Positions 10,717 to 22,387 of a stretch of DNA of 64,000 nt are shown here, piece after piece (position 1 is the first letter of the stretch; each line of letters opens with the position of its first letter). The stretch covers positions 186,989 through 250,988 of the forward strand of contig JACIXY010000001.1 in the NCBI GenBank assembly GCA_014360195.1. Direction: 5' to 3'. Made by a program: the position numbers and the translations under genes. Origin of the DNA: Bacillota bacterium. Lineage in GTDB: Bacteria; Bacillota; SHA-98; UBA4971. Below the pieces are notes generated by a model. The model worked only from the letters and a program-made list of their open reading frames with translations. It was not told where the DNA came from and did no database searches.

Positions 10717-10722
10717 GGGAGC

Positions 10723-10980
10723 AAAATGATCATGGTCTGGCGATGATGAAGAAGGAGTACCCGCAGCGCGGGCGGGGAGAGAGAGCCGGGCGAGGTGGAA
10801 GCCGGTACCGCCACCGCGGGGAACGGCGTCTTCCGAGCCGGGGTGTTCTTCTAGAGGAGTGGGCTCATCGCCTGGGGCCCTGCCCGTTCTGGTATGCATG
10901 CGATGAGTCAATCAGGGTGGAACCGCGGGAGCGACCTCTCGTCCCTGGATGTTGCGCCAAGGGCGAGAGGTTTCTTTGTG
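10723..10980 (+). promoter_or_regulatory. T-box riboswitch leader (probable tRNA-Gly sensing) with intrinsic terminator
   Basis: Canonical T-box sequence AATCAGGGTGGAACCGCGGGA at 10909-10930 (AGGGTGGNACCGCG core at 10914-10927). Immediately followed by a terminator hairpin CCTCTCG...CGAGAGG + TTTCTTTGTG (10935-10978). About 200 nt of leader upstream would hold Stem I. Precedes the spoIIM-like-glyQ-glyS gene string. Confidence 0.75.
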
Positions 10981-10993
10981 GGAGGGGAACGCG

Positions 10994-11638
10994 TTGCGTG
11001 CACCGGCGCTTTTAGCGCGGGTCCCGAAGATCCTGCGCGCGAGCAGGCGGTACATATTCTTCACGAGCATTCTTTTCGTCACCGGTGTGGTTTTCGGGTA
11101 CGCGGCGTTCCGCCGTCACCCGGTTGACTCTTCGTGGCTGTTCTTTCTCCTCGACCAGAAGTTCGGACCCATGGCCCGAGCAATGTCCACGATGCACGTG
11201 ACGGGCATGGCCGGCATGGTCTTTTGGAACAACCTCAAAGCTGCCGGGCTTCTCGTCGCCGGCGGAGTGGCGTTCGGGGTTCTCCCGATGATCATGGTTT
11301 TCCTCAACGGGCTTCTCGTGGGGATGGTTTCCGGGGACGTGGCGCGGCAGGGGTTCGGGCTTGTTCCTTTCATCCTCATAGGGATCCTGCCACACGGGAT
11401 GTTCGAGATACCTGGCTACATCATCGGCGGCACGCTCGGAATAAGGCTCGGGTTCAACATCCTCGGATACCAGCGCGGCCGCCAGCAGGGGCGGGGAATC
11501 AGGGCGGTTATCCTCGACACGCTGCTCGTGCTAGCGCTGGTCGTGGTTCCGCTCCTCATGGCAGGCTCGCTCGTTGAGGTTACGGTGACGCGTCACCTCG
11601 TCGAGTGGGTCATGGGAGGCGCGCTGCGCTGGCACTAG
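10994..11638 (+). CDS. SpoIIM-like (DUF95 family) membrane protein
   Basis: Architecture and motifs parallel B. subtilis SpoIIM (ILFVTGVVFG...; LPHGMFEIPGYIIGGTLG vs SpoIIM MPQNFLLIPAYLI). The ATG at 10949 lies inside the T-box terminator, so a TTG at 10994 after the RBS GGAGGGG is more likely. This gives 214 aa. Confidence 0.55.
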   Translation: MRAPALLARVPKILRASRRYIFFTSILFVTGVVFGYAAFRRHPVDSSWLFFLLDQKFGPMARAMSTMHVTGMAGMVFWNNLKAAGLLVAGGVAFGVLPMIMVFLNGLLVGMVSGDVARQGFGLVPFILIGILPHGMFEIPGYIIGGTLGIRLGFNILGYQRGRQQGRGIRAVILDTLLVLALVVVPLLMAGSLVEVTVTRHLVEWVMGGALRWH

Positions 11639-11767
11639 ACGTGGGTTCACGTGTTCGCGTCAACCTTGCGGCGTGTTCAGGGTTGCCGGTGCCGGTACCC
11701 ATGAGCTTAGCACCGCGCCGGCGGTGACGCGAGCCTGCGGAAGCCTACGGAAGCAGGGGGTGATTGT

Positions 11768-12715
11768 GTGACATTCCAGGACATGATCCGGAGACTGGAG
11801 TCGTACTGGTCGGCCCAGGGGTGCGTGCTACAGCAGCCGTACGATGTGGAGGTCGGAGCGGGCACCATGGCGCCAGCCACATTCCTGCGAGCCCTCGGGC
11901 CCGAGCCATGGAAGGTGGCGTACGTCCAGCCGTCCAGGCGTCCCGCCGACGCGCGGTACGGCGAGAACCCGAACCGCGTGTTCCTGCACCACCAGTACCA
12001 GGTGATCCTGAAGCCATCCCCGGAGGACGTAGTTGAGATATACTTAGGCAGCCTCACCGATGCGCTCGGGATCGATCCCGTTGAGCACGACATAAGGTTC
12101 GTCGAAGACAACTGGGAGGCGCCGACCCTGGGAGCATGGGGGACGGGCTGGGAGGTCTGGCTCGACGGGATGGAGATTACGCAGTTCACATACTTCCAGC
12201 AGGTCGGCGGCATCGACACTCGTCCCGTTTCAGCGGAGATCACCTACGGCCTCGAGCGGCTCTGCATGTACCTGCAGGATGTGGACAACGTGTTCGACCT
12301 CGCCTGGACGCCCGATGTCACCTACGGCGAGATCCAGCGCCAGTTCGAGGTGGAGCACTCGAAGTACGGGTTCGAGCTTGCGGATGTCTGCACCCTTAAC
12401 CTCCTTTTCGATACCTACGAGGCCGAGGCGAAGCGGGGGCTTGACGCGGGCGTGGTGCTCCCCGCGTACGACTACGTCCTCAAGTGCTCCCACGTCTTTA
12501 ACCTGCTCGATTCCAGGGGTGCGCTCGGGGTGAGCGAGCGGACTGCCTTCATTGCGCGGGTGAGGGCGCTTGCCAGGGCGTGCGCCGAGACGTACGTCCG
12601 GAAGCGCGAGAGCCTCGGCTTCCCGCTCATGGCGGCCTTCGGTGCCCGGTCGGAGCAGGCAGAGGCCGAGCGGCAGGAGGCCCAGCCGCAGGAAGGGGGT
12701 GCTTCAAGTGAATGA
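11768..12715 (+). CDS. glyQ: glycine--tRNA ligase alpha subunit
   Basis: [48 protein letters not shown]... is the highly conserved GlyQ sequence. GTG start. Confidence 0.95.
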   Translation: MTFQDMIRRLESYWSAQGCVLQQPYDVEVGAGTMAPATFLRALGPEPWKVAYVQPSRRPADARYGENPNRVFLHHQYQVILKPSPEDVVEIYLGSLTDALGIDPVEHDIRFVEDNWEAPTLGAWGTGWEVWLDGMEITQFTYFQQVGGIDTRPVSAEITYGLERLCMYLQDVDNVFDLAWTPDVTYGEIQRQFEVEHSKYGFELADVCTLNLLFDTYEAEAKRGLDAGVVLPAYDYVLKCSHVFNLLDSRGALGVSERTAFIARVRALARACAETYVRKRESLGFPLMAAFGARSEQAEAERQEAQPQEGGASSE

Positions 12716-14822
12716 GACGGCTTGCGCTTGCGACTCCAGGGATGCCGTGCTGGAGATAGGCGCGGAGGAGATTCCAGCAAGGTTCCTGCCCGGAGCCCTT
12801 GAACATATCGAGCGCGAAGGGGCCAGGCTTCTTTCGGAGGAACGCGTGGCCTACAGGGCCGCAAAGGCGCTTGGCACGCCCAGGAGGCTCGTGCTGTACG
12901 TCGAAGGCGTAGCGCCGGTTGGGCCGCCGCTCGTGCGAGAGGTCAGGGGTCCCGCGTTCAGCGTGGCTTTCGATGCAGCCGGGAATCCGACCCGTGCGGC
13001 CGAGGGGTTCGCGCGGTCGCGGGGCGTGCGTGTGGAAGATCTCGTAACGAGGGAGGAGCCGAAGGGCAGGTTTGTGTACGCTGTGTCGCAGGAGCCCGGG
13101 CGGCCGGCGAAGGAGGCGCTTGGCTCGGCGTTCCTGCGGCTCATAACAGGCATGAGCTTTCCGAAGTCCATGAGGTGGGGGGACCGGGAGTTCCGGTTCG
13201 CCCGCCCGATCCGGTGGATACTGGCGCTCTTCGGGGACGAGGTGGTCCCCTTCGAGGTGGACGGGATAAGATCTGGGAGGCTTTCTTCCGGCCACAGGTT
13301 CCTCACGAAAGGCATGCTCGAGGTGGCGAGAGCAGAAGACTACATCGAGGCTCTCAGGGCAGCCTACTGCGTGGTGGACCAGCGGGAGCGGCGGGAGGCC
13401 ATATCCCGGGGCGCTGCCGAGGCGGCGAAGGCCATCGGCGGGAGGGTCGTTGAGGACGACAGCCTGCTCGAGGAGCTAACGTTTCTTGCTGAGCACCCTG
13501 TTCCGCTCGTGGGCCGATTTGACCCTGACCTTCTCCGCCTCCCCAGAGAGGTTATCGTCACCCCAATGCGCGACCACCAGCGGTACTTCCCTGTGGAGGA
13601 CGGGGCGGGCCGGCTCATGCCTGCGTTCGTGGCTATTCGCGACGGCCTTTCATCGCACCTGGACGCGGTGCGCAAAGGCAACGAGCGGGTGCTCGCGGCG
13701 AGGTTGCAGGATGCCAGGTTCTTCTATGAGGAGGATACGAAGGTTCCGCTGGAGACATACGTTGAAGGCCTGGCAGGCATAATCTTCCATGAGCAACTAG
13801 GTACCATGCTCGACAAGACCCGCCGTATCGAGGAGCTTGCAGTCGATATCGTCGGCAAGCTCGACCTTCCCGAGGCCGTCCGCGTGGTGGTGAAGAGGGC
13901 GGCGAGGCTGTGCAAGGCCGACCTCGTGACGCATATGGTGAAGGAGTTTCCTGAGCTCCAGGGCGTCATGGGCGCCGAGTACGCCCGGATTTCGGGAGAG
14001 GCGGGTGATGTGGCGCACGCGATATTCGAGCATTACCTGCCCAGGTTCGCCGGGGACAGCCTTCCCGAGAGCCGGGTGGGGATCGTGCTTGCGCTTGCGG
14101 ACAAGATGGACACGGTCGCCGGATTCTTCGGTATCGGCATCCAGCCGTCGGGCTCTGAGGATCCTTACGCCCTGAGGCGGCAGATCGCGGGCATCGTGAG
14201 CATCCTGCTGGAACGCAAAGTGAGCGTTCCGCTCTCGTGGCTTGCGTTCCGGTCCGCGTCGCTGTTTGAGAAGGCCGGCGCGCTTAAGCTCCCGCCGGAG
14301 GAGGTGAGCCAGGCCATCCTGGATTTCGTGCGACAGCGCCTGCGGGCAACCTTCATCGACCGGGGCATACGCTACGACCTTGTTGACGCGGCGCTCGGAG
14401 CGGGCTTCGACGACGTCCCCGATGCTCTTCTGCGGGCTGAGGCCCTCGCGTCCGCAAGTGGCACGGAGGAGTTCTCGCGGGCCGTGACAGGCTACACCCG
14501 CGCGTCTCGCATCGCTGGGAAGGAGGACCGCGGCGAGGTGGACGAGTCCCTTCTGGATGAGCCCGCGGAAAAGGCGCTTTTCGCCGCGTACACGGACGCG
14601 CGGGACAAGGTCGCGGCCATGGTGAAGAGGAAGGATTACCCCGGTGCTCTTACGGCCGTGGCAGCGCTGGCTGACCCTATCGACGTGTTCTTCCGCGATG
14701 TCCTCGTGATGGCGGAGGACGAGTCGCGAAGGCGCAACAGGCTGGCGCTCCTCGCGCACGTAGCGGGGCTTTCCCGGGGGATAGCGGACCTTTCCAGGGT
14801 CGTCCAGGCTGAGGCGACCTGA
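12708..14822 (+). CDS. glyS: glycine--tRNA ligase beta subunit
   Basis: GTG start overlaps the glyQ stop by 8 nt. About 705 aa with GlyS-like [14 protein letters not shown] and anticodon-binding C-terminal region. Confidence 0.9.
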   Translation: MNETACACDSRDAVLEIGAEEIPARFLPGALEHIEREGARLLSEERVAYRAAKALGTPRRLVLYVEGVAPVGPPLVREVRGPAFSVAFDAAGNPTRAAEGFARSRGVRVEDLVTREEPKGRFVYAVSQEPGRPAKEALGSAFLRLITGMSFPKSMRWGDREFRFARPIRWILALFGDEVVPFEVDGIRSGRLSSGHRFLTKGMLEVARAEDYIEALRAAYCVVDQRERREAISRGAAEAAKAIGGRVVEDDSLLEELTFLAEHPVPLVGRFDPDLLRLPREVIVTPMRDHQRYFPVEDGAGRLMPAFVAIRDGLSSHLDAVRKGNERVLAARLQDARFFYEEDTKVPLETYVEGLAGIIFHEQLGTMLDKTRRIEELAVDIVGKLDLPEAVRVVVKRAARLCKADLVTHMVKEFPELQGVMGAEYARISGEAGDVAHAIFEHYLPRFAGDSLPESRVGIVLALADKMDTVAGFFGIGIQPSGSEDPYALRRQIAGIVSILLERKVSVPLSWLAFRSASLFEKAGALKLPPEEVSQAILDFVRQRLRATFIDRGIRYDLVDAALGAGFDDVPDALLRAEALASASGTEEFSRAVTGYTRASRIAGKEDRGEVDESLLDEPAEKALFAAYTDARDKVAAMVKRKDYPGALTAVAALADPIDVFFRDVLVMAEDESRRRNRLALLAHVAGLSRGIADLSRVVQAEAT

Positions 14823-14960
14823 AGATACGGGAGTACGCGACGTCATGCGATACGCGGGCCCGCCCACCGCGCGAGTCCTGGCGGGAGACGAAGGGGGGAG
14901 GGCGGCGCTCGTGCCACAATACACGACCGAAGGTCAGGAACGAAGGAGGTTGAACCATTC

Positions 14961-17663
14961 ATGGCCAAAAAGTACGTCTACTTCTTCGGCAAGGGCAAGG
15001 CTGAAGGCGGCAAGGAGATGAGAAACCTTCTCGGAGGGAAGGGCGCAAACATAGCCGAGATGACGAACTTGGGGATACCTGTCCCGCCCGGGTTCACCAT
15101 CACCACCGAGGTGTGCTCCTTCTACTATGAGAAAGACCGGCAATACCCGCCTGAGCTTGCCGAGCAGGTCGAGGAGAACCTCAGGAAACTTGAAGACGCG
15201 ATGGGTCTCAAGTTCGGCGACCCCGAACGGCCCTTGCTTGTGTCGGTGAGGTCGGGCGCCAGGGTGTCCATGCCCGGCATGATGGACACCGTGCTCAATC
15301 TGGGCCTTAACGACGAGACGGTGAAAGGCCTCATCAAGCTTACAGGCAACGAGCGCTTCGCGTACGATGCTTACCGCAGGTTCGTTCAGATGTTCGGCAA
15401 CGTGGTCCTGGGCGTGTCCCATGACGACTTCGAGGAGATCCTCGAGGCAAAGAAGAAGGAACTAGGGGTGCATCTCGACACCGAACTCGACGCGGCCGCG
15501 CTCAAGGACATCGTGAAGGCCTTCAAGGCGCGGATCCGGGAGAAGAAGGGCATCGACTTCCCCGATGACCCCATGAAGCAGCTCGAGATGGCGCGTGACG
15601 CTGTCTTCGGTTCCTGGAACAACCCACGCGCCATAACCTACCGCAAGATCCACAACATACCCGGCGACTGGGGCACCGCCGTCAACGTCCAGGCGATGGT
15701 GTTCGGAAACATGGGCGAGAACTCCGGCACGGGCGTTGCGTTTACCCGGGACCCCGCCACCGGGGAGAAGAAGTACTATGGCGAGTACCTCAAGAACGCG
15801 CAGGGCGAGGACGTGGTGGCCGGCATAAGGACCCCCAAGCCCATCGCTGAGCTCGAGAAAGAGATGCCGGAGGTCTACAGGCAGCTTACCGAGATCTTCG
15901 AGAAGCTGGAGCGGCACTACCGTGACATGCAGGATGTGGAGTTCACCATCCAGGAAGGCAAGCTCTTCATGCTGCAGACGCGCGCAGGAAAGCGCACCGC
16001 CGCGGCCGCTGTTAAGATCGCCGTGGACATGGTGAAGGAGGGCCTCATAACGAAGGAGGAGGCCATCATGCGCGTGGAGCCCGCGCAGCTTGACACGCTC
16101 CTGCACAAGATGATCGATCCCAAGGCCAAGGTGCAGGTCATTGCGACGGGTGTCGCGGCTTCCCCGGGTGCTGCGGTCGGCGCTGTGGTGTTCACCGCTG
16201 ACGACGCCGCGACGCGCGGTGCGGCGGGAGAGAAGGTCATCCTCGTCAGAAAGGAGACCTCGCCGGACGACATCCACGGCATGGCGGCATCCCAGGGCAT
16301 CCTGACGAGCAGGGGCGGTAAGACCAGCCATGCTGCGGTCGTGGCGCGTGGCATGGGCACGCCTGCTGTCACCGGGTGTGAGGCCATCACCGTCGTCGAG
16401 GCAGAGAAGCTCTTCCGCGTAGGGGATGTGGTGGTCAAAGAGGGCGATATCATAACCCTGGACGGGACAAACGGAAGGGTCATCCTGGGCGAGGCGCCAC
16501 TAGTGGACCCCACCATCGGCGGCGATTTTGCGACGCTCATGGAGTGGGCTGACGAGATCAAGGCCCTCGGAGTAAGGGCCAATGCCGACACGCCTCATGA
16601 CGCCGAGACGGCACTCAGGTTCGGGGCGAAGGGCATCGGCCTCTGCCGGACCGAGCACATGTTCTTTGGCGAGGAGAGGGTGCCGGTGGTGCAGGAGATG
16701 ATCCTGGCCGAGACCACAGAGGCGCGGCGCGCGGCCCTCGACAAGCTGCTGCCGTTCCAGGTGGAGGACTTCCGTGGAATCCTCAAGGCCATGGCCGGGT
16801 ACCCTGTGATCATCAGGCTCCTGGACCCGCCGCTCCATGAGTTCCTTCCGAGCCACGAGGAGCTACTGGTAGAGGTCACGAAGATGAGGCTTCAAGGGGC
16901 GGACCCGGAAGAGCTCAAGAAGAAAGAGGCGCTCCTTGCGCGCGTCGACAAGCTCCGCGAGCTCAACCCCATGCTCGGCCACAGGGGATGCAGGCTCGGC
17001 ATAACCTACCCCGAGATCAACGAGATGCAGGCGAGGGCCATATTTGAGGCCGCTTGCGAGCTGACGAAGGAAGGGTACAAGGTCTTCCCGGAGGTCATGA
17101 TCCCGGTGGTCGGGCACGTCAGGGAGATAGAGATAGCGCGCGAGGTGGTGGAGCGGGTCGCGAAGGAAACCATGGAGAAATATGGCGTGAAGCTCGAGTA
17201 CATGGTCGGCACGATGATCGAGCTTCCCAGGGCGGCTCTCACAGCCGACGAGATCGCGAAGGAAGCCCAGTTCTTCTCCTTCGGTACCAACGACCTCACG
17301 CAGACGACGTTCGGCTTCTCGCGCGACGACGCCGAGGGCAAGTTCCTGCCGTATTACCTCGAGCACAACATCCTGGAGCAGAACCCGTTTGAGGTGCTCG
17401 ACCGAAAGGGCGTTGGCGAACTCATCAAGATCGCCGTGGAGCGCGGCAGGCGCACGAGGCCCGACCTCGAAGTAGGCATATGCGGAGAGCACGGCGGAGA
17501 GCCCTCGTCTGTCGAGTTCTGCCACAACGCAGGACTCGACTACGTGAGCTGCTCTCCGTTCCGGGTGCCCATCGCGAGGCTGGCGGCGGCCCAGGCCGAG
17601 ATAAGGAACCCGCGAAAGGCGAAGGATAAGGCGGGTCGCGTGGGGGAGTACACCACAGCGTAA
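14961..17663 (+). CDS. ppdK: pyruvate, phosphate dikinase
   Basis: [52 protein letters not shown]..., catalytic His in [19 protein letters not shown]. 900 aa. Confidence 0.95.
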   Translation: MAKKYVYFFGKGKAEGGKEMRNLLGGKGANIAEMTNLGIPVPPGFTITTEVCSFYYEKDRQYPPELAEQVEENLRKLEDAMGLKFGDPERPLLVSVRSGARVSMPGMMDTVLNLGLNDETVKGLIKLTGNERFAYDAYRRFVQMFGNVVLGVSHDDFEEILEAKKKELGVHLDTELDAAALKDIVKAFKARIREKKGIDFPDDPMKQLEMARDAVFGSWNNPRAITYRKIHNIPGDWGTAVNVQAMVFGNMGENSGTGVAFTRDPATGEKKYYGEYLKNAQGEDVVAGIRTPKPIAELEKEMPEVYRQLTEIFEKLERHYRDMQDVEFTIQEGKLFMLQTRAGKRTAAAAVKIAVDMVKEGLITKEEAIMRVEPAQLDTLLHKMIDPKAKVQVIATGVAASPGAAVGAVVFTADDAATRGAAGEKVILVRKETSPDDIHGMAASQGILTSRGGKTSHAAVVARGMGTPAVTGCEAITVVEAEKLFRVGDVVVKEGDIITLDGTNGRVILGEAPLVDPTIGGDFATLMEWADEIKALGVRANADTPHDAETALRFGAKGIGLCRTEHMFFGEERVPVVQEMILAETTEARRAALDKLLPFQVEDFRGILKAMAGYPVIIRLLDPPLHEFLPSHEELLVEVTKMRLQGADPEELKKKEALLARVDKLRELNPMLGHRGCRLGITYPEINEMQARAIFEAACELTKEGYKVFPEVMIPVVGHVREIEIAREVVERVAKETMEKYGVKLEYMVGTMIELPRAALTADEIAKEAQFFSFGTNDLTQTTFGFSRDDAEGKFLPYYLEHNILEQNPFEVLDRKGVGELIKIAVERGRRTRPDLEVGICGEHGGEPSSVEFCHNAGLDYVSCSPFRVPIARLAAAQAEIRNPRKAKDKAGRVGEYTTA

Positions 17664-17907
17664 CAGGGAGTGTCTTGTGGGCAGGCCGTGGGCTGCTCGG
17701 GCCGGGCGCCGGGAGCTGACTGTGAGTACGCCCCCGAGCGCGCCCCCAAGCCCGAGCACGGCCTGTGCGACGCGGAGGCTACGCAGACGGGCGAACTCAA
17801 AAGATAACGCAGAACGACGGGAAGGTGCCCCCGCGAGCGCCTTGAGGCGCTCGCGGGGGCACCGGCAGTCCTGGGGTGAGACCCGGTGCGTTGCACCTGC
17901 CAGCGGC

Positions 17908-18101
17908 TAAGTGAGGGTGTTAGTTCTCGTTCCTTTTCCAGTAGTTGCTGGGTTGGCGGTGTTGCAGTCGGGGACGGCGCCCCAAAGCGGGGCGTGCTTC
18001 GCCAAAATCCGGTCCGTCGGGCGAGTGGCCGGGTTTTGACACCTTTCGTGCAAGCAACGGCAACCCTTTCCCAGAGTCGGGAGCATTTCTACGCCCTCAC
18101 T
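17908..18101 (+). repeat. MITE-like element, long form
   Basis: TIRs TAAGTGAGGGTGT ... ACGCCCTCACTCA. Core matches 7425-7623 with scattered substitutions. Confidence 0.85.
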
Positions 18102-18450
18102 CAGTGGTGCGGTTTGTTGCACGCGAGTGAATTTTCGGGCATATACTGCTTCAAGTATGATATACTATGAGATATGCGAACACGTGGTCCGGTCGACGGC
18201 GCGACAGAGATGCGAAATCTTGAGCATGAGGGAGGATTTTGGCAAGATCCGTCGAATCCTCTACGCCGGTCTTCGTCCAGTTCAAGGCCGTATCGGGAGA
18301 TCGTTGCCCCATGCATACCGAGTCCAGAGAAAGGTTGCTTTCTTTGGGCGGGGCGGCCTGGCAAAAGAGGAAAAATGCCCGTAGTGGCGAAAGAGGAACT
18401 ACAACGAACGCGTCTCGTTGACTTGTGGTGTGGCGAGGAGAACTGGCACA

Positions 18451-20382
18451 ATGCGCGGCTATAGTGAAGACATTCTCAGCGAGGTCCGCGCAAAGAGCGA
18501 CATCGTCGAGGTGATATCCGGATACGTTGCGCTGAAGCAGGCCGGTAGAACCTACAAGGGTCTGTGTCCATTCCACACGGAAAAGACGCCGTCGTTCGTT
18601 GTGTCCCCCGAGAAGCAGCTTTTTCACTGTTTCGGGTGCGGCGCGGGCGGGGATGTCTTCAGTTTCGTCATGAAGGTGGAGAACGTGGGCTTCGGCGAGG
18701 CGGTGAGGATCCTTGCTGATAGGGCCGGCATCGCTATCGAGGAAGGGTCGCAGGAAACGCGGGAAGCGCGGGAAAGGCTGAGAGCCCTGTATGAGGCAAA
18801 CGAGGCTGCGTGCGAGTACTTCCAGCGCGTGCTTGCGGAAAGCCCGGAAGCCCAGATCGCGCGGGCCTACCTGAAACGGCGCGGTCTCGTAGACGAGATT
18901 GTCGGGAAGTTCAGGCTTGGATACGCCCTGCCATCCTGGGACGCCCTCCTGAAGGCCCTCACGAAGAACAAGGTTCCGAAGGAAGTTCTTCTCGAGGCCG
19001 GGCTCGTTATCCCGGGGAAGGACCCCGGGAGTTGCTACGACAGGTTCAGAGCAAGGCTGATGTTCCCGATATGCGACTCTTCGGGAAGAGTGATAGGGTT
19101 CGGGGGACGGGTCCTCGACGACTCCGTCCCGAAGTACCTGAACTCGCCAGAGACCGCGCTGTTCAAGAAGGGGAGGAACCTTTACGGGCTGCACCTCGCA
19201 AAGGACGCCATACGTAAGGAGTCGGCGGCCGTTATAGTCGAGGGGTATATGGACGCTATCGCCGCCCATCAGCATGGCTTCGGACACGTTGTTGCTTCGC
19301 TGGGCACGGCGCTCACGGAGGAGCAGGCCAGGACGCTCCGACGCTACGCACCAGGTGTAGTGATCGCGTACGACGCCGATGCCGCGGGCGCGACGGCAAC
19401 GGTGCGGGGCATGGAGATCCTGGCCGGAGTGGGGCTTATCGTGAGGGTGGCGAGCCTGCCTGAGGGGGAGGATCCGGATGCGACCCTCAGGAGGGGCGGC
19501 GCGGAAGCCTTCGCGCGGGTGTTGGGGGATGCGAAACCTCTCATCGATTACAAGCTCCACCTCGCGGTTTCGAGCTGCGACGGCAGCACGGTTGAAGGAA
19601 GGGTGAACGCGGCGCGCGAAGCGGCAAGGGTGCTCGCAACCATAGAGAGCGCTGTCGAGCGCAGCGAATACACTCGTAAGGTGGCATCCGAGCTGGAGAT
19701 AGATCCGGACGCCCTGAGCAAAGATGTCGAAGCGCTCGTTCATGCGGGAGGCGCTCGTACCGGACAGTCCAGGCCGGGCGGGCGGGGCGGGCGGCGGCCC
19801 AAGGCGCCGGCACGTCTGGGGGCGCCCAGGGCGCCCGGGGATAGAAACGCCGGAAGCAGGCATACTAAGTCAGAGGATGATATTGGCAGATCAGGCGAGA
19901 TGATGAAAGTTTTGGAAGCCGAGAAGATCCTTCTCAGGCTCATGGCCGAGAGTAGAAAGGTGCAGACGATCGTCCTCTCGGAGGTCGGGACCGACGGCTT
20001 CCATGATCCCAGGCACCGGGAGATAGCACGGGCCGTGGCAGCGCAGACCGCAGATACTGATATGGAGGGCGACGAAGGCCCTGCCGCGGAGCCTTCGAAG
20101 GTGATAGGAGCGCTTGACGACGAGGAGACTCGTCGGTACGCCGCCGGCATATTTCTCGGACAGGCCGGCGAGGGGCAGGGCGATCCAGCGAAGATGGCCC
20201 ACGATTGCCTCGGTGTCCTGCGGGAACATAGCCTTAGGGACAGGATCCGCGAGATCGAGCGGGAGCTCGCGTCCCTTGGCAACGCGGGAGAGATGGAGAG
20301 ATCAAGAGACTTGCTGGCAGAGCTCTGGAGCCTCAGGGCGAGGCTCTCAAGAGAGTTCCAACCGTTTTCGGGGACCGGGTGA
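18451..20382 (+). CDS. dnaG: DNA primase
   Basis: Zinc-binding CPFHTEKTPSF...HCFGCGAGGD, TOPRIM region, C-terminal DnaB-interaction domain. The ATG at 18451 follows a shorter upstream extension. Confidence 0.93.
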   Translation: MRGYSEDILSEVRAKSDIVEVISGYVALKQAGRTYKGLCPFHTEKTPSFVVSPEKQLFHCFGCGAGGDVFSFVMKVENVGFGEAVRILADRAGIAIEEGSQETREARERLRALYEANEAACEYFQRVLAESPEAQIARAYLKRRGLVDEIVGKFRLGYALPSWDALLKALTKNKVPKEVLLEAGLVIPGKDPGSCYDRFRARLMFPICDSSGRVIGFGGRVLDDSVPKYLNSPETALFKKGRNLYGLHLAKDAIRKESAAVIVEGYMDAIAAHQHGFGHVVASLGTALTEEQARTLRRYAPGVVIAYDADAAGATATVRGMEILAGVGLIVRVASLPEGEDPDATLRRGGAEAFARVLGDAKPLIDYKLHLAVSSCDGSTVEGRVNAAREAARVLATIESAVERSEYTRKVASELEIDPDALSKDVEALVHAGGARTGQSRPGGRGGRRPKAPARLGAPRAPGDRNAGSRHTKSEDDIGRSGEMMKVLEAEKILLRLMAESRKVQTIVLSEVGTDGFHDPRHREIARAVAAQTADTDMEGDEGPAAEPSKVIGALDDEETRRYAAGIFLGQAGEGQGDPAKMAHDCLGVLREHSLRDRIREIERELASLGNAGEMERSRDLLAELWSLRARLSREFQPFSGTG

Positions 20383-20490
20383 GCGTTGCGAGCCCGACGC
20401 CCCGAGACGTGCGTAAGACTGAGCGTGCGCCAACCAGATTCAACTGGCATGACCGGCGGCGTATCCGGCGGCTGGGGACGGAAAGGAGGG

Positions 20491-21633
20491 ATGACGATGA
20501 CGAAGCCTGGGCAGCCTGACGTGCCCGAGTTGAAAGAGCTTATCGAACGTGGCAAGAGAAAGGGCACACTGACGTACAGGGAGATAATGGACGCGCTTCA
20601 GAATGTGGAGCTGTCTCCCGAGCAAATAGACGACATATACGAGGCCCTCGGCCAGATGGGCATAGACGTTGTGCCTAAGCCGGGAGATGGAGAGGCGGGG
20701 GATGTGCCCGAGGAAGCCGTGGTCCCGGAGGGACCTGACGGGCCGGACGGGGACGCGGCCGTCCACGAGGACGTGGACCTGGATCTCTCCCTCCCTGAAG
20801 GCATCAGCGTGGACGACCCGGTCAGGATGTACCTCAAGGAGATCGGGAGAGTCCCGCTTCTTACTGCCGAGGAGGAGGTCGAGCTCGCAAAACGGATCGA
20901 GAAGGGCGACGAACAGGCCAAGCGCAGGCTCGCCGAGGCAAACCTCCGGCTCGTGGTCAGTATCGCCAAGCGTTACGTCGGTCGCGGCATGCTCTTCCTC
21001 GACCTCATACAGGAAGGGAACCTTGGCCTCCTGAAGGCGGTGGAGAAATTCGACTACCGGAAAGGGTACAAGTTCAGCACCTACGCAACCTGGTGGATCC
21101 GGCAGGCGATAACTCGGGCCATAGCCGATCAGGCGAGGACCATACGGATTCCTGTCCACATGGTTGAAACCATTAACAAGCTCGTGCGGGTGCAAAGGCA
21201 GCTTGTGCAGGAGTATGGCCGGGAGCCCACCATAGAAGAAACGGCCAGGGCCATGGACATGAGCGAGGACAAGGTCAGAGAGATCATGAAGGTTGCACAG
21301 GAGCCTGTGTCCCTTGAGACACCCATCGGGGAAGAAGAGGATAGCCATCTTGGAGATTTTATTGAGGATGAGGACGTGCTGGCCCCTGCGGACGCGGTGT
21401 CCTTCCATCTCCTCAAGGAGCAACTTGAGGACGTTCTTGACACGCTTACTCCAAGAGAGGAAAAGGTGCTCCGGTTGCGCTTCGGCCTTGATGACGGCCG
21501 GTCGCGCACCCTCGAGGAGGTTGGGCAGGTGTTCGGTGTCACCCGCGAGAGGATCCGCCAGATTGAGGCCAAGGCGCTCCGGAAGCTCAGGCATCCTAGC
21601 CGGAGCAAGAAGCTCAAGGACTACCTTGAGTAG
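20491..21633 (+). CDS. sigA: RNA polymerase sigma factor RpoD/SigA (primary sigma-70)
   Basis: Regions 1.2-4.2 present ([74 protein letters not shown]). RBS AAGGAGGG before the ATG at 20491. Confidence 0.95.
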   Translation: MTMTKPGQPDVPELKELIERGKRKGTLTYREIMDALQNVELSPEQIDDIYEALGQMGIDVVPKPGDGEAGDVPEEAVVPEGPDGPDGDAAVHEDVDLDLSLPEGISVDDPVRMYLKEIGRVPLLTAEEEVELAKRIEKGDEQAKRRLAEANLRLVVSIAKRYVGRGMLFLDLIQEGNLGLLKAVEKFDYRKGYKFSTYATWWIRQAITRAIADQARTIRIPVHMVETINKLVRVQRQLVQEYGREPTIEETARAMDMSEDKVREIMKVAQEPVSLETPIGEEEDSHLGDFIEDEDVLAPADAVSFHLLKEQLEDVLDTLTPREEKVLRLRFGLDDGRSRTLEEVGQVFGVTRERIRQIEAKALRKLRHPSRSKKLKDYLE

Positions 21634-21683
21634 ACCCCAGAAACCGGATAGAGGCGGCGTGCGGATTTCGTGGCGCCTGCCTC

Positions 21684-21712
21684 TTGACCGGGTGGGGTCG
21701 TGCGTGTATAAT
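21684..21712 (+). promoter_or_regulatory. sigma-A promoter TTGACC-N17-TATAAT for the tRNA operon
   Basis: Consensus hexamers 24 nt upstream of tRNA-Asn. Confidence 0.65.
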
Positions 21713-21735
21713 ACTTCGTGTAAATCAAGTTTTGT

Positions 21736-21810
21736 TCCCTGGTAGCTCAATGGCAGAGCGGCCGGCTGTTAACCGGTAGGTTGCAGGTTCGAGTCCTGCC
21801 CAGGGAGCCA
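21736..21810 (+). tRNA. tRNA-Asn (anticodon GTT)
   Basis: Cloverleaf: acceptor TCCCTGG/CCAGGGA, anticodon loop CTGTTAA, T-loop GGTTCGAGTCC, encoded CCA. Confidence 0.85.
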
Positions 21811-21816
21811 GGAATT

Positions 21817-21892
21817 CGGGCCTATAGCTCAGCGGTAGAGCAACCGGCTCATAACCGGTCGGTCCCTGGTTCGATCCCAGGTGGGCCCACCA
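21817..21892 (+). tRNA. tRNA-Met (anticodon CAT, elongator or Ile2-type, G1:C72)
   Basis: GGGCCTATAGCTCAGCGGTAGAGC...anticodon loop CTCATAA...GGTTCGATCCC...CCA. Confidence 0.85.
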
Positions 21893-21902
21893 GGATGTTC
21901 AA

Positions 21903-21930
21903 GCGGGCGGAGATCGCCCGCTTTCTGTGT
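21903..21930 (+). terminator. rho-independent terminator after the tRNA pair
   Basis: GCGGGCG-GAGA-TCGCCCGC followed by TTTCTGTGT. Confidence 0.7.
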
Positions 21931-22387
21931 CTCGCATCTCCGTCTTGTGTCATGGGCACCTCCAGGTATAGGTTTGCGAGTTTGTGTCGGCTCGCAACAG
22001 GCTTCCGAGCTGTCGACCCCGAGGCGTTGTTGGTGCGCTCCGCCGGGGGAGCGCGGCCCGCGGAGTGCGACACCGGCAGCCACCCGAAACCCGAAGGGCT
22101 CCGGTGAGGTTGGCATCCACAGATAGGGAGGGCTGGAGAAGAGGCGCGCCTGTCGCGACCGGATGCGGGGTGACGGCGTTGCAGGGGCATGGCGGCAGCG
22201 TGGTATGGCGCAGGCTGGGCCCTCGTGGGCGGCGTGCAGGAACTGAAAGTCTGGTGTAGAAATAACTATAGTAACGGAGAAGGAAGCCCGTGCCTGCCGG
22301 GGCCTTGTTCAATGGCGGAGATGCTCCGGCATCGGGGCCTTGAGGCCAGCGGGAACGGCAGACCGGAGGAGAAAGGGGCCCAGAAGG

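Noticed and set aside
10743-11015. 90-aa ORF spanning the T-box leader
   Set aside because: It lies entirely within the riboswitch leader and terminator and is Arg/Gly-rich. The leader function explains the sequence.
11676-11715. Possible additional repeat fragment (GGGTTGCCGGTGCCGGTACCC...CTTAGCACC) between the spoIIM-like gene and glyQ
   Set aside because: Only about 12 + 9 nt match the arm and TIR. This is too short to distinguish from chance in GC-rich DNA, so it is not counted among the copies.
13797-18170. Long antisense ORFs (13797-14924, 15462-16331, 15917-16591, 16863-17759) opposite glyS and ppdK, and 18151-19863 opposite dnaG
   Set aside because: Each overlaps a well-supported conserved gene on the other strand. 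All show the codon-shadow composition expected in high-GC DNA.
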